Positions 28,936-41,747 of a stretch of 64,000 nucleotides of DNA are shown one piece after another. The stretch's first letter is position 1; every line of letters starts with the position of its first letter. The notes below the pieces were generated by a model. The model worked only from the letters and a program-made list of their open reading frames with translations, was not told the DNA's origin and made no database searches. Position numbers and translations under genes: made by a program. The stretch comes from the human T2T-CHM13v2.0 reference genome, Homo sapiens: NCBI RefSeq assembly GCF_009914755.1, contig NC_060930.1; one strand, written 5' to 3'.

Positions 28936-29600
28936 AGATGCTAGAAGTGAAAATAACAAAGATATGCAAATATGTATGAGACTCCTTTGGAAGTTCATAA
29001 TTTCATGGGAGAATTGGTTGTAAACAAATAAATGCAAAATTGACAGATGTGTCCTCTGGAAATAGAGGAGATAAATTATTATTGGCTCTTAAAGGCCAAG
29101 TAGAATTTTCCAGCTAAAGAGAAGGAGAGGAACTTTCCATTGAGAAGCAACATCAATAAAATCACAAAAGCAAGAAAGAGCATGATGTGATCAAATTATA
29201 GTTAACTATGTAGTGTGACTGAGCAAAGGCAAATTAGGGAAGGAGGTGCTGTTCAATAACATAACCAAGAGTCAGATTCAGAAGGGCCTTCTAAACCATG
29301 CCAAGAACTTTGGGAGTACAGGCACTGGGCAGATTTAAAAACAAACAAAAAACCAACAGGAATAAAAGACCAGCCCTCTGCACTATAAGAAGGTAACCTG
29401 ACAGCAAAGTGGAAAATATCTGGAAGAAAACAAAAAAAAAAAAAAAAAAAAAAAAAAAACCACCAGATCTTTGCAAAAATCATTCTAGAGGTTCTAGAGA
29501 TGACAGAGGTTTGAACTGAATGAGGATAAAGAAGGAATGACACATTTGAGAGATATGCAAGAAGTAAGGCAGATGGCCTTGAGTGGGTTAACAACTTTCA
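28936..29600 (-). mobile_element. Diverged L2 fragment containing a long poly-A run (~29432-29459)
   Basis: L2-like purine-rich text (gaagggccttctaaaccatgccaagaactttgg). The A run is directly visible. Confidence 0.5.
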
Positions 29601-29789
29601 TCAAACATCTTAAAGGAATTAAGTGCTCCTCAGATTTTACCCAAACCAGATTAAGGCTGTTCTATTATTAAGGGTGAGTTGATTCACTCAGCTGTTTTAT
29701 AGTTTCATAGAGACCATTTATTATCGTTACTAATTATTTTTATTTTAGGGATTATAATTTTAGAATTCTTTTCATTTTCAACTACTTAT

Positions 29790-30130
29790 ATATCATTTGT
29801 TTCTCATACCTACCCCAAATAATGAGAATAGTAGGAATTATTGATTCTATTTTATAAATGAGGCAAACAAAGCACAGAAAGTGCTTTACTTAAGGTCATA
29901 TTGCTGATGAGTAATATAGCCAAGTTTAAAATGCACGTTTCCTGATACCTATTTCAGATATTTAAAATTTAATGTCCCACTTTTTTTAAGCACACATTTT
30001 AAAAGATGAGGTCTTGAGAGTTTAAGTAATATCCCCCAAAGATAGACTATGACTAAATAGCTTGACAGAAAATCAAACTCAGATCTTTCTAACTTCAAAG
30101 CCCAAGGTCATAGCAGCTATACATTACTGC
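29790..30130 (-). mobile_element. Two tandem MIR fragments
   Basis: attttataaatgaggcaaacaaagcacagaaag and cattttaaaagatgagg...ttaagtaa...cccaaag cores. Confidence 0.6.
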
Positions 30131-30798
30131 ATCCCTCCTCACCTGCTGGAGAAGATCAGGGAAGAATTAATAGAGAAGTAGCCTTTAAAATGTATCTTGA
30201 ATGATGTATGTAGGTAAGGGGTGATCTTCAAGATACTTAAAAACTATACAGTAAAATATACAAATACAGTACCCCATATATAAATATGTTAAATATATTA
30301 TCATACATAGATAATACAGCTGCTTACCAGGTGTTGTTAGCAGTAGTGCAAATCATTTGTGAGGTTATTCAGTGATGCCTGAAAAGAGTTGCTAATTTTT
30401 AGAAATCACCCGGTATTGTTTTCAGTTTGTTAGGGTTGATTCACACACCCACACCCAGACCCATTCATACTCAGGGAAGGCTTCCTCAGAGACATTTTGT
30501 GCTTAACTCCTTAAATCCTCTGCAGTTTAAAAGTTCCAGCAAACCTTGCAGGATCCAAAAGTGTGCTTGATTAAGGGTGGGCAAGATGTAATGGACAAAA
30601 AAGGGATTCACCTTCCTCTCCCCAAATTCTGACATAAGAGATAAACAAGTAAGCCAACCTTACTTCTGCTTTCCTTCAGTATTTTCACTCCCCAATATTT
30701 GAAGTCACTTCTTGACTACTACTCTTTCTCCTAAATATTCTCTGGAGATAAGGGAATGGCTTATATACAGTCATTGATCACGTATCCCCGTTTCTACC

Positions 30799-31258
30799 TG
30801 TCTCAGTACATTTTTGTATTGCTATAACAGAATACCTAAGGCTGGGTAATTCATTCAAAAAAAGAGGTTTATTTGGCTAACAGTTCTGCAGGCTGTACAA
30901 GAAGCATGGCACCAGTATCTGACTCTGGTGAGGGCCTCAGGCTGCTTCCACTCATGACAGAAGGAAAAGGGGAACTGGCACGTGCAGATCATATGACTAG
31001 AGAAGAAAAGAGAGAGTGTGTGAGAGAATGGAGAGAGAGAGAAGGTGCCAGGCTCTTTTTAACAAGCAGCTCTCTGGGAAACTCTCCTAGGAACTAATAT
31101 AGAGTGAGAACTCACTCATTACCATGAGAATGGCACCAAGTCATTCATGAGGGACCCACTCCAATGACTCCCAAACACCTCCCATTTGGCCCCACCCCAA
31201 ACATTTGCGCTCAAATTTCAACATGACATTTGCAGGGTCAAATATCTAAACTATAGCA
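30799..31258 (-). mobile_element. MSTB-like MaLR solo LTR
   Basis: TG...CA termini, 5-bp TSD CTACC (30794-30798) / TTACC (31259-31263), and MST motif gttctgcaggctgtacaagaagcatggcacc. Confidence 0.9.
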
Positions 31259-32763
31259 TTACCTTAACTAGGTCTTAAGGTATATATGAAGTTTACTTTG
31301 CTCAGAAAATAAAAACCAAACATATGGGCTATTTCAAGCTCTTTACCCCTTTAAAACTTTTTTCTATCTATTTCATCTGGCCTTCTTTTTTCCAGGGTCA
31401 CTTTATTTCGTTCTTAAATACTTCAATTAAATGAGAAATATTTATTTTAGAGATTAAGACAGTGTTCTTAGAGATTGAGTAAGACAGTGTTCATTCTTTC
31501 AGGAATTGTCACATTTCCTTTAATTTTCAGCTCATTTGCTTAAGCCTTTCCTGAGACTTTCTCTTCCCATTAATTGCATTGCACATAACATCTGCTGTCC
31601 TTGCTACACCCTCTTAAATGGAAAGTTTCATCATACTACCCAGTGGTCCATTTTGGTGGCATTCCACTGAAAGAAAAATTCAATGGATTACAACAAAAGC
31701 CACAGTTATTCGAAACTCAAGGGGAAGTCAGGCTTCTGAGACTGTGTAGTGCCACTTCAAAAGAGGATACAAAAGCCCCAAGATCAGGCAAGATGGGCTA
31801 GAATCATATTTCATGACTTTAAAGGAAGACTACATTCTCAACTCCACCAAATAAAGCATCATTTATGCTTGCTATAGAAGATAATTAAGGAAGACAAGGT
31901 TATTTTGTCATCTTTCAACTTTTGACAACCATCCCAAGTGCTTTCCTCTCTTCCTCTATTTCTCTTGTTATTTGTTCCTCTTCCTGACCACCTCTTTTTC
32001 TCCAAACAATCGCAAAAACTTTTTGGTAGACCACTGTTTTCCAGCTTTGGGCTGAGAGATGGACTCTGATCCACACTCCCAACCTCAGGGAAACTCTGAA
32101 GTCTTCAAATCACTAAAACTGTCCTAGAACTCAAATGCCTTCTGGAAACAAGAGAATGGAATTCTTTCTAACTTCTCTGTTCCAACCTGGACTTCCTAAT
32201 GCCATTTCTTGAAACAGCTTTAGGGATACTCTAGTTATTCATCATTGACTTGGTCCCAAAGGACCAAGCATGACAAGTCAAAATGATATTCCTGAAAACA
32301 TGATATAGCTCTCTGGAGTTCACTGTAATCTCTTGAAGCTGATATTGGAACAGAAGTAGCTAACTGGCTGAGTACTCTATAATAAGTGGGACTTATTAAG
32401 ACAGGTTGTTTGGGACACTGGGTAATCACAGCATGCCCGCATATGAGAGAGTAACACCAAAGCATCTCTGTCTATGCCTGTCCTTCTCCAACTCTAACTC
32501 GAATTAAGTCACAGCCATGAAATCAAGAAAAGGGAACAATATTTATCTTTTTCATTTAATTCATTCAACGAATATTTATAGACTCACTACAGTTCTCAGG
32601 CTCTTGCCAAAGAGAAAGGAGCTACCACAGCCTTTAGAGCAATAGTAGCAGTGCTTACTAATATACCAGGAATATCGGCCTTACATGTCTCCCCTTGTGC
32701 ACAAAATTATGCAAGTAAATCAGGGAATCACTGCTAGAATCTCCCAATACTATCCACCCCACC

Positions 32764-33126
32764 TGTATTAGTGCATTCTCACACTATTAATAAAGACATA
32801 ACCGAGACTGGGTAATTTATAAAGGAAACAGGTTTAATTGACTCACAGTTCAGCATGGCCTCAAGAAACTTACAATCATGATGGAAAGGGAAGCAAATGC
32901 ATCCTTCATATGGCGGAAGGAAGAGAAGTGCCAAGAAAAAGGGGGAAAAGCCCCTTATAAAACCATCAAATCTCATGAGAACTCACTCACTATTACGAGA
33001 ACAGCATGAGGGTAACCACCCCTGGAATTCAATTACCTCCCACTGGGTCCATCCCACCACACATGGGGATTATAGGAACTATAATTCAAGGTAAGATTTG
33101 GGTAGGGAAGCAGGCAAACCATATAA
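32764..33126 (-). mobile_element. THE1C/D-like MaLR solo LTR
   Basis: tgtattagt...gagactgggtaatttataaagg...ccccttataaaaccatca. Perfect 5-bp TSD CCACC at 32759-32763 and 33127-33131. Confidence 0.92.
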
Positions 33127-33284
33127 CCACCCTACTCCAAAATAATCAGTCCTGTGAATTGCATTTCCTTTTCAATACTTTGATAGGTAAATAAAAATTA
33201 AGGTTGAATTTCTATAAAGAGTAAGTTCTTTATATTTGTAGTTGTTACTACATTAATTGTTCTTCCTAATATTATGAAAACTGG

Positions 33285-33790
33285 AAACAAAATTCAATAT
33301 CACCTTGACAAATTGCAAAAAGGCCTAGAAATATGAATTAAAATTAGTAGATGATATACTGGGTTGCACATAGGGACCCAATCAAACAATAGAAGGAAAC
33401 ACACTAGTTAGTAGCAAAGGAAGAGGAGTGAAATCTACTAATGATAACGTTAATGTTGGGAGGGAAAGTCTATGCATAGGAGGTTGACTATCCAAAGAAT
33501 GAAAGTAATTATTTGATTTCTTCTGCATTAATCAGATGCTTATTAGAAAGCCATATTCTATTTTCCTCAGGACATTCTGAAAGTTTGTGAAGAGAAAAAG
33601 TAGATAGGGTACAAGTCTTAATATGCTACATGGAAAATATGGTTGATAAGAAAAAGTTAAAAGTCATATAAGTTACAGAAATCACTAAATTTAAAGATTC
33701 AAATTTCTAAAGAGCTCTTGTGAAAGGATGACACTCTCTTCAGAATCATTAAAAATTACACTGGAAAACCGGCTGTCTTGGAATTGATAC
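33285..33790 (+). mobile_element. Ancient CR1/L3 LINE fragment
   Basis: Weak match to recalled CR1 motifs (aaattcaatatcaccttgacaaattg...tgcacatagg). Confidence 0.4.
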
Positions 33791-36028
33791 TTAAAATTCA
33801 CCCCAAAAATAGAACTTTTCCATCAGTGGTGGAAAGGGACCTATAAATAAATATGTGCATATACATTTATATATAAAAAATATATACACACACAAACATA
33901 CATACACATTTGTTCCCCAGGTCTATACTTCCAAACCTACCCTCATCAATAATGATAGAGAAAGCACAGTGAAAAGCTGTAAAATAGGTACAGTAAAATC
34001 TTACTAATCTTGCTAAATTACAGGGTGGATATTTCTAGATTAGTTAACACTTAACCTCCAAACAAATTTTAAAGATGATTAAATCAGTTGTATTCCCCTC
34101 CAAGTCCTATATGTAACCATTATTGATGAAGTAATTACAAGGACCTATCTTGATGATTGTGGAAATGGATGTTGAAAGTATTTCTGATTAAGAACAGACA
34201 ATTGCTTCAACAAATAGAATGGGAGAAAAAGTACCTAGAACAATCTGCATTACCTGCTATAGGTGAAATACTCCCCTTATCATATATTATGGGTAAAGTT
34301 TATCACAAATTTTAATGTAGTAGAGGTTGAGTGGGGTTTTCTATGTTTTTCAAACTAGTTAAGAAACCAGTAGTTTGAAGCAAAATCTGCAACAAAAGAA
34401 GAATGAGTAAGATCCTGAAGCATAGTGAAACCATTTAAGAACGTATTTGAAGATGCATGAAAATCATCTTTACATATGTAGCTAATAAAGAGCTGAAAAC
34501 ATTAAACCATCACTATAAACATTTATATTATCTGTAGCTAAAATTGCATGGAGTGAGACACATGATACGTGGAGCAGCACAAATAAGAAACTGGGTAGTC
34601 ATTTTTCCCCACATGATGCAATTCCAGATTAAAGGTACATTTTTCCCCCATAGACCAATAAAAAGCTTCAGAGAAAGACATAGTGGGCTGTGTTAGAATG
34701 AGAATTAGACAGCACAGTCAACTAGTGCATAACATGATGAAAGAGTAGAATACTATCAAGATTTCTTGTATAATCAATCACAGCAAACATGTCAGCAAGT
34801 ATGAGGCCATCCGCTCCTGTCCATACAACCCAGTAGACAATTTGGGTAAGGGAATGAGTATAGCAGTGCCAAATGTGGCTATCAACACTTCTTCTGTTTC
34901 TGTCTCAAAAGAACAAAATTCTAAGACAAGCTCTTAGAACAAATGGAAATTTATCCAAATAAAAATCAAATGATAAATGCCCAGAGAATATTCTTTCTTT
35001 GGAATTCGTTCAATTCTTTAATTTAACCAGCTGGAATAAATTTTCAAGTAGCATTCTGCTCAGCCTTTTGAAATGAAGGACTTTTCTGTTAATTGGAAAG
35101 TTATATTCCATCAAAGATGAAGACAGTGATCTTGCCTTAGTGATTCTTAGAAAAAATAAAAGGCATTTGGTGAATATTTATCATATACTGATTCCAGAAC
35201 ATGTATTTTAAGCACAAATGAATGAGCTGTGGGCCTACACATTTAACTAAAGAAAAATAGGGAAAATTCAAATACAAGTTTTATTTTAAACTCTACATAA
35301 AAGCTAACTTTCACTATGCTCAGTCATGAGAGGAATATGTAAAGAGAAAATAGAAATAGAAACCATTAATTTTGAGAATGAAAGATGGATAATACAGCTG
35401 TGGTTCCTGATTTTCTGAAGCAAATGAATTAGATAAGTCAACACATTTAAGTGTTCTTTACTGTGTTACTGGAATATGTGTTATTGGGGCTGGGGAAACA
35501 TGAGAGTCAACTCAAAAAGATCTACAGCAAGAAAATAAAAATTTACTGGGAAAAAATTATTTTGAAAATTCATATTTTTAAAGCAATCTGTACCATAGGC
35601 AGTACTTTAAACTTAGTCATTGATTATAGATATATTAAATAACATTGTTACATTTAAATTTTAAATTGGCACGTTAGGCAAACTAATTTATCGCAAATAA
35701 TGTGAAAAGTTGTTTAAAAATTAATGATAGTCAAGTACTAAAGAAATAATTTTTCCAGATGTCTTAAAGGAATCACTGGATAGATGGTCTGAATTATAAT
35801 TGTGTATTCTGATTTAAAATAATTTTATAGGAAGACTTCTAGGTAATACTATTTATGTACTTTCAGTCTGGCAATGTGTGTATAACAGAAATTTTTCAAA
35901 GAGGCTGTTCCACTTTTTTAAATATTTAAATTGCTGAGAGAACTTTTTAAAGGGTAATATGAAATAAATATTTAATAAGTTCCATAGACTCACGCATATT
36001 CTCCAGCTTGAGATGGAAGATGGTGGTT

Positions 36029-36048
36029 GAAGCAGCAGGGGGCGCCAG
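36029..36048 (+). promoter_or_regulatory. CTCF-binding motif
   Basis: GAAGCAGCAGGGGGCGCCAG matches the CCASYAGRKGGCRC core at 13/14 positions, in a locally CpG-retaining patch. Confidence 0.75.
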
Positions 36049-38002
36049 CGGGCATGGTGGTGAGATGGGGACAGGGTAGAGTACGAGTGTTACAAAAAAA
36101 AGATGAACACATCAATTCGTTTTTGAGATAGTCACTAATATTTTGAGAGGACTAGGTCCAAATTGAAAATTTGGGATAGAACACGACAATGTTGTTAGGC
36201 AGGCTTTAATGGTCTTTGAAATATTAGTGTTAGGACGCCCCACTGACTAAATTTCTGAAGATAGGTAATAAAATTCCCATATTATAAGCTCATAAACATT
36301 ATATAAAACAACCAAAGTATCCTATTCAGGGTCATTTTTTTAAGGGAACAATAATATTCATCCAACAAGCTAGTCATGAATTTCACGGCAAAAGTAATGA
36401 ATAATATTTGACGGTGCTTAATAGATGAAATTTGCCAACATACCCTTTGATAACAAGTAAGAATGAGAATAAATTTATATGCTTATTTAATAGATACAAT
36501 TATTTAAAACCCAAGATCTAATTCAAAATGTGTTATGCAAACATGCTTAGATCAAGAAATTGTCTACATGTAAGTCAATGTATCTGATTTACTTTCCAAG
36601 AGTTTTATGATCTATCCTAAGGTGATAGATAGGATTTCAAAGTCAAGATAACAACTTCTGCTCTGAAGAAAAAATTACTTATTGTAAATGAACTTTTAAC
36701 CAAAAAGCAGTTGATACAAGAGAAATAAACCCATACAAAAGAATGCAAAATCTAAAATATTTAATATAAATTATAATACCCTGCTAGCTTTTAAAATATT
36801 ATACAATAAAATACAGAATATCCTTTACTTTTATAATGAGTAAAATTCGTAAACATTGCCAATATTTTTAAAAATCTTTGGGTACTTTCTCCCCTGATCA
36901 CTTTTAACTGTTCTTTTAACATAGAACAGGAAGGCATGCTAGTATGCAATACCCAATGCCTTTAATAGTTTCTTTTGGACTCCAGCTAATGGCCCTTTTA
37001 AATGGAAGCAAGGATTCCAGGCTGGGGTTCCAGGCAGCAGAAGCAATGAGGTGGAATGGAGTTAGCTTGAATGAAAGGGTTATGGAAACCTCTGTCACGA
37101 CATTGAGCCAACATTCAAAATTTCAGATTCTGAGTCTTTAGTGGATAATAAAATTATTTAAACAACAGAGAAAAAAATTTGTAAAGGCCTATTGGCAATG
37201 GTCCATTTGTAAGGAAGGTATTTAATTAGGCAAAAGAGAGTTTATTATGCTTAAAGCAGACTATGAAAATACACATTCTAAAAAGTTGTGATTACTGATA
37301 TTTATGATGTCTGCTATAAGGTGAAATGATTTATAATAGGACTGCATTCAAACCTCAAGTAGCATTTTAAAATTTTAAAGCTATATAATTTTTCTTTCTC
37401 TTTTTTAGTATTAAGTATAACAAAATATGAAAATATGTGATAATTTCATTAAAGCTTCAAAAATGTAACAGTAGTAGTCTAATGGAAAATTATTTCTAAA
37501 TTAGATATAAATGATGTATAATTTTCAAGTTACATATATATATATATATATCATACCTCTATATGTTGGGGGAGTGGAAATACTAAAATATAGGCTTGTA
37601 GCAAAAATAAAAAGAAAGAGAATAGAGAATGAGATAGTGCTGAATGGTGCTGACTCAAAAAGTTTATTCCAAATGCTATTAAGTTCTGAGTTAATTTCTG
37701 ATAAGCAGCTTTTCCTTGCCCAGCAAATTCAAATTTCAAGAGATTAAGAAAGTACACTCCAAATCTTGATTTTTATAAAACTCCTCTCTTTTAAACAGTT
37801 AGTCCACAGCTGGGCTCTTTCCTTGCCTCAGTAGCTGAAGTGACATAAACAAGGATGGCATGTCACATTGTGCTCTATTGAGAAATAATGTGGAGGCAGA
37901 AGGGTGCTGTGGTTAGGAACCCTCCTTATCCTCATCTGTAGAACAGGGGTTGAATAGAGCTTCTAGGCACCGTACTCTTACTTAGAAGTTGGCCTGGTAC
38001 AT

Positions 38003-38049
38003 ATTAAAAGTAATGGCACAAACCACAATTATTTTGCACCAACCTAATA
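38003..38049. mobile_element. Half MADE1 (Hsmar1 MITE) inside a MIR fragment (~37900-38080)
   Basis: ATTAAAAGTAATGGCACAAACCACAATTATTTTGCACCAACCTAATA is one Hsmar1 TIR arm plus the TA target. Confidence 0.85.
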
Positions 38050-39085
38050 AAAGTGTGTGTTGAATTGTAGTTATAATTATTCTTACTATTTTTAAAAACA
38101 AACTATCCAGGTCATCTTCACCTTGATCTGCAGCAGGGTCCTAATTGGGAGCTGAGAACACAGAGAGGAGAAATGTAAATAGTCCAGCCTAGGAAGAGGT
38201 TAGGAGAGTGAGGAAGGTTTCCCTGAAGGCCAGATAATTCAACAGTAAGTCTGAGTTAGGGCAAGGGATCTAGAAACTGCATTCTAGATAAATGTATCCA
38301 ATATATGGGATCAGTAAACATTATGGTGGGACAAGTGCAGGGGTGACTAAAAAGACAAGTGTGAGGCCAGCAAAGTAGATAAGTAAGCAGGGGTCATATC
38401 ACAGTGGACAAGGACCCTGAGGGCCATGTTAAGAAGCTTGGGTTTATCTGCTTTCATTTCCTAAAGTTTATACTCAGTGCCTTCCAATCATTATGTTCTT
38501 GTTTCTAAATTCCCAAAACAGCATGATACAAATAGAGTGCCTCTCTTAAACTGGTCCTTTGAAATTGATGATAAAATGTTATTTCAATCTCAGTATATTT
38601 TAATGGTCAGAGCTATCTTTGTAAAAGTGGGCTCAAAGTAATATCCCAAATTAATAGCATTTAGTAGAGTATGTAATGATGTATCAAATTATTTTTCTTT
38701 GAATAATTAATCAGAAGCATCTTGAAAATTAAATAGAAAAGGCAATAGAATTCGTGTGTAACCTACCGCATAGGTAAATCAGGTAGCTTTAAATTTCAGT
38801 GTGGAGAAATTGTGTGCTTATTTATCAAAAAGCAAAAGACATTCATTCTTTGATATTTTTACTATATTTGTTGTAAATTCCTAGGTTAAATTTAGAGCAA
38901 GAAGAAGTTTTCTATTTTATTAAAACAAACAAAAGACATTTCTCAATTTACTTGATAATAATATAGGCCTGTAAATATGTATCTACACAATACATTATAA
39001 TTGCCCCCACAAAAGAAAAAAGTCATACTATAGCAATTCCTCTTCCTTGCAAATTTTCCCAGTGATATTTTAATTTAAAATAACA

Positions 39086-39400
<315 letters not shown>

Positions 39401-40254
39401 ACAAAAGCTGGAATTTTCATTCTCTATACATAATAATCAGGTCCAATTCCAGATTCAAAAATAATAAGATCAACCCCTTTTTCACACTGTGAGTGCTTTA
39501 TAGAAGGCATAAAGCCATGGGCTTCCAGTTGAATTTCATTCCACACCAAATAAAAAGAAAAGAAAAATGTAATACTTATTTAATTGGTTTGAGTCATATA
39601 ATTCGTGATATTTAGTCCTCAGTCTGTAATGTGGAATACATTTTTAGCATTTGGGTAAAAATTATAACCTAGTTTGTCTTGGGAAGTGAACTACTTACAG
39701 CTCAATGGCTCCCCTTAGTGACACTTCGCAAGAAATTCACAAAGCAGCAGCTTTTATGAAGACCTATAGACAGATTTTATCCAAACATCAAGAAAATAGC
39801 TGCTATTCATAATTTAAGTGGTTCTCAATAAGTGAATTACAGTTGTGATTCTAGGGAAAGCAACTCTTTTTTTCATAACCTCATTATGTTTAAAGGATAT
39901 TGAACGTGTTCTATGGTTTGCATTTTCACTTGGAATTTAAATATATACAAGTTAGGAAGAATAATTCAGGATCACTCTCTTTGTCATTTTTTACATGTTT
40001 ATTTTTTCTAGTTCATATATGCACTTGAACAGGTTTTAAAAAGATAACCTGCAATTAATTTAATTTATATCTGGGTGCCTATTCCAAATTTATCTATTAA
40101 GAAAACTTGCCTTAAAATTAGTAGCTACAGTAAGTCAAAAACGTATTTGATATTCATTAGGAAAAATGAAAGAAACAAAGGAGCAACCATGCAATTTGAA
40201 GTAAGTTTTGAGAGTATATATTTGAAGAAATTGGGTCTTCTGTTGCTCTGCAGC

Positions 40255-40410
40255 TTTGGCTTTTAAATGTGGTTGCACATCAAAATAAACTGGGGGGGAG
40301 GGGTGTGAACTTGTTGTTGACTACAGGTTCTTGGGCCCCTCATAAGAACCACTGAATCATAATCTCCAAGGGTGGGATCTAGGAATCTGTATTTTTATAT
40401 GTTTTGGAAC
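40255..40410 (+). mobile_element. MER5B-like DNA transposon fragment
   Basis: ggttgcacatcaaaat...actgaatcataatctccaagggtgggatctaggaatctgtattttta. Confidence 0.6.
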
Positions 40411-40699
40411 ATTGTCTGCAGAAGGCCATAGGAAATGTTTATGTAAAAGACTGTATGTGTTTATACTAACAGAAAATAATTTCAGAATCTTAAAAATAAC
40501 AATTATCAATTCAATTATGTGATACTACTATGCAACAAAATCTTAAATATGGCTTTTTGGTCTACATGGAGATTTTAGCTACTCTTTCAAAAATTAAGGC
40601 TCAAAAATACCAACCACTGACTACATTCCCTCTACAGCATCTTATTACTTACAGCAATTTTCTGAAATAGGAAATAAGGTCAACATGTAAGAATAGCCT

Positions 40700-41510
40700 A
40701 TTGGCCTTTTCTAAACTCATCACAGAAACATCCAAACTCTGGCCTGCTATCTGAATTCAATACTTGCCCTTCTCTAGTTTTCAGTACACTGGTCCTCAGG
40801 ACAAACTCCCAACATGGCAATTGAAGCCCGTATATCTTTCCAGCTTCTATGGGTAATATTCTATATATAGACTCTGATCAAACCAAGGAAGTTGACTTTC
40901 AATGCCCCAGATTCACCATGTCCTTGCATGCCTTAGTGCATGTTCACTGCCTGGCATGCACTTCTTCCCTCATCAGCCTAGCAAACTCTCAGTCATTCTT
41001 TTAGGCTCACCTCAAACATCATTACATCAGGGGAATTATTTTCAGTCTCTGAAATCATTTTCAGTCTCTCTTCATGGAGTTCAATGCTTTCCCACTGTAC
41101 CCCCAACAGGACCTTGTACACACCTCTATTTTAGCATTAACATGTGACTATAATTATTGGCAGTCTCCATATCTAACTTATATCCCCAGGTTTTATCACA
41201 CATTTTTGGCACAGAGTAGGGGCTTTGTTCATGTTTGTGCAAGGGGTTAATAATATTAGTTTTCATTTGTCCCATGAGTAACATATGCCAGTCACCATGC
41301 TAAATGCTCTACCAGCATCTCATTTAATCCTTATGAAGTTTAGCAAGAAGTAAGGATTATTCACATTTTAAATATATCAGAGAGTTAATCCTGAGAAATA
41401 TCAACAACTTGCCAGAGTTCACACAACTAGTTGGTGGCAGACCTAGAATTTGAAAACAGCATTTTTCTGGCCCTAAGGACAGTGTACTTAAATGTTACAC
41501 CATAGTGCTT
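40700..41510. mobile_element. L2 3' fragment (+, ~40700-41250) followed by MIR (-, ~41270-41510)
   Basis: tgcatgttcactgcctggcatgcacttc...tggcacagagtagg; ctcatttaatcctta...caacttgccagagttcacacaactagttggtggcaga. Confidence 0.65.
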
Positions 41511-41655
41511 CTCTGCAAGGGCTCAGATTGTACTTGACTGCTAATAGCAAATTCTCTTTGATGTTTTCTACCCAAACACCCTCATAGGTAGAACATCAAG
41601 GGGAGATGAACGCTGTTTTAATCACTAGAATGTTCCAAAACCCAGTTCAGGCAGG

Positions 41656-41747
41656 TACGTGCGTGTACACATGCACACAAACATGAATATTCAGTGAATG
41701 GCAAAGCACACGTGTGTGTGTATATATATATGTGTGTGTATATATGT
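41656..41747. repeat. Alternating purine-pyrimidine tracts ((TG)n/(TA)n/(CA)n)
   Basis: gtacgtgcgtgtacacatgcacaca and gcacacgtgtgtgtgtatatatatatgtgtgtgtatatatgt. Confidence 0.85.

Noticed and set aside
38003-38049. MADE1 as a miR-548-like hairpin
   Set aside because: Only one inverted-repeat arm is present, so the hairpin cannot form.
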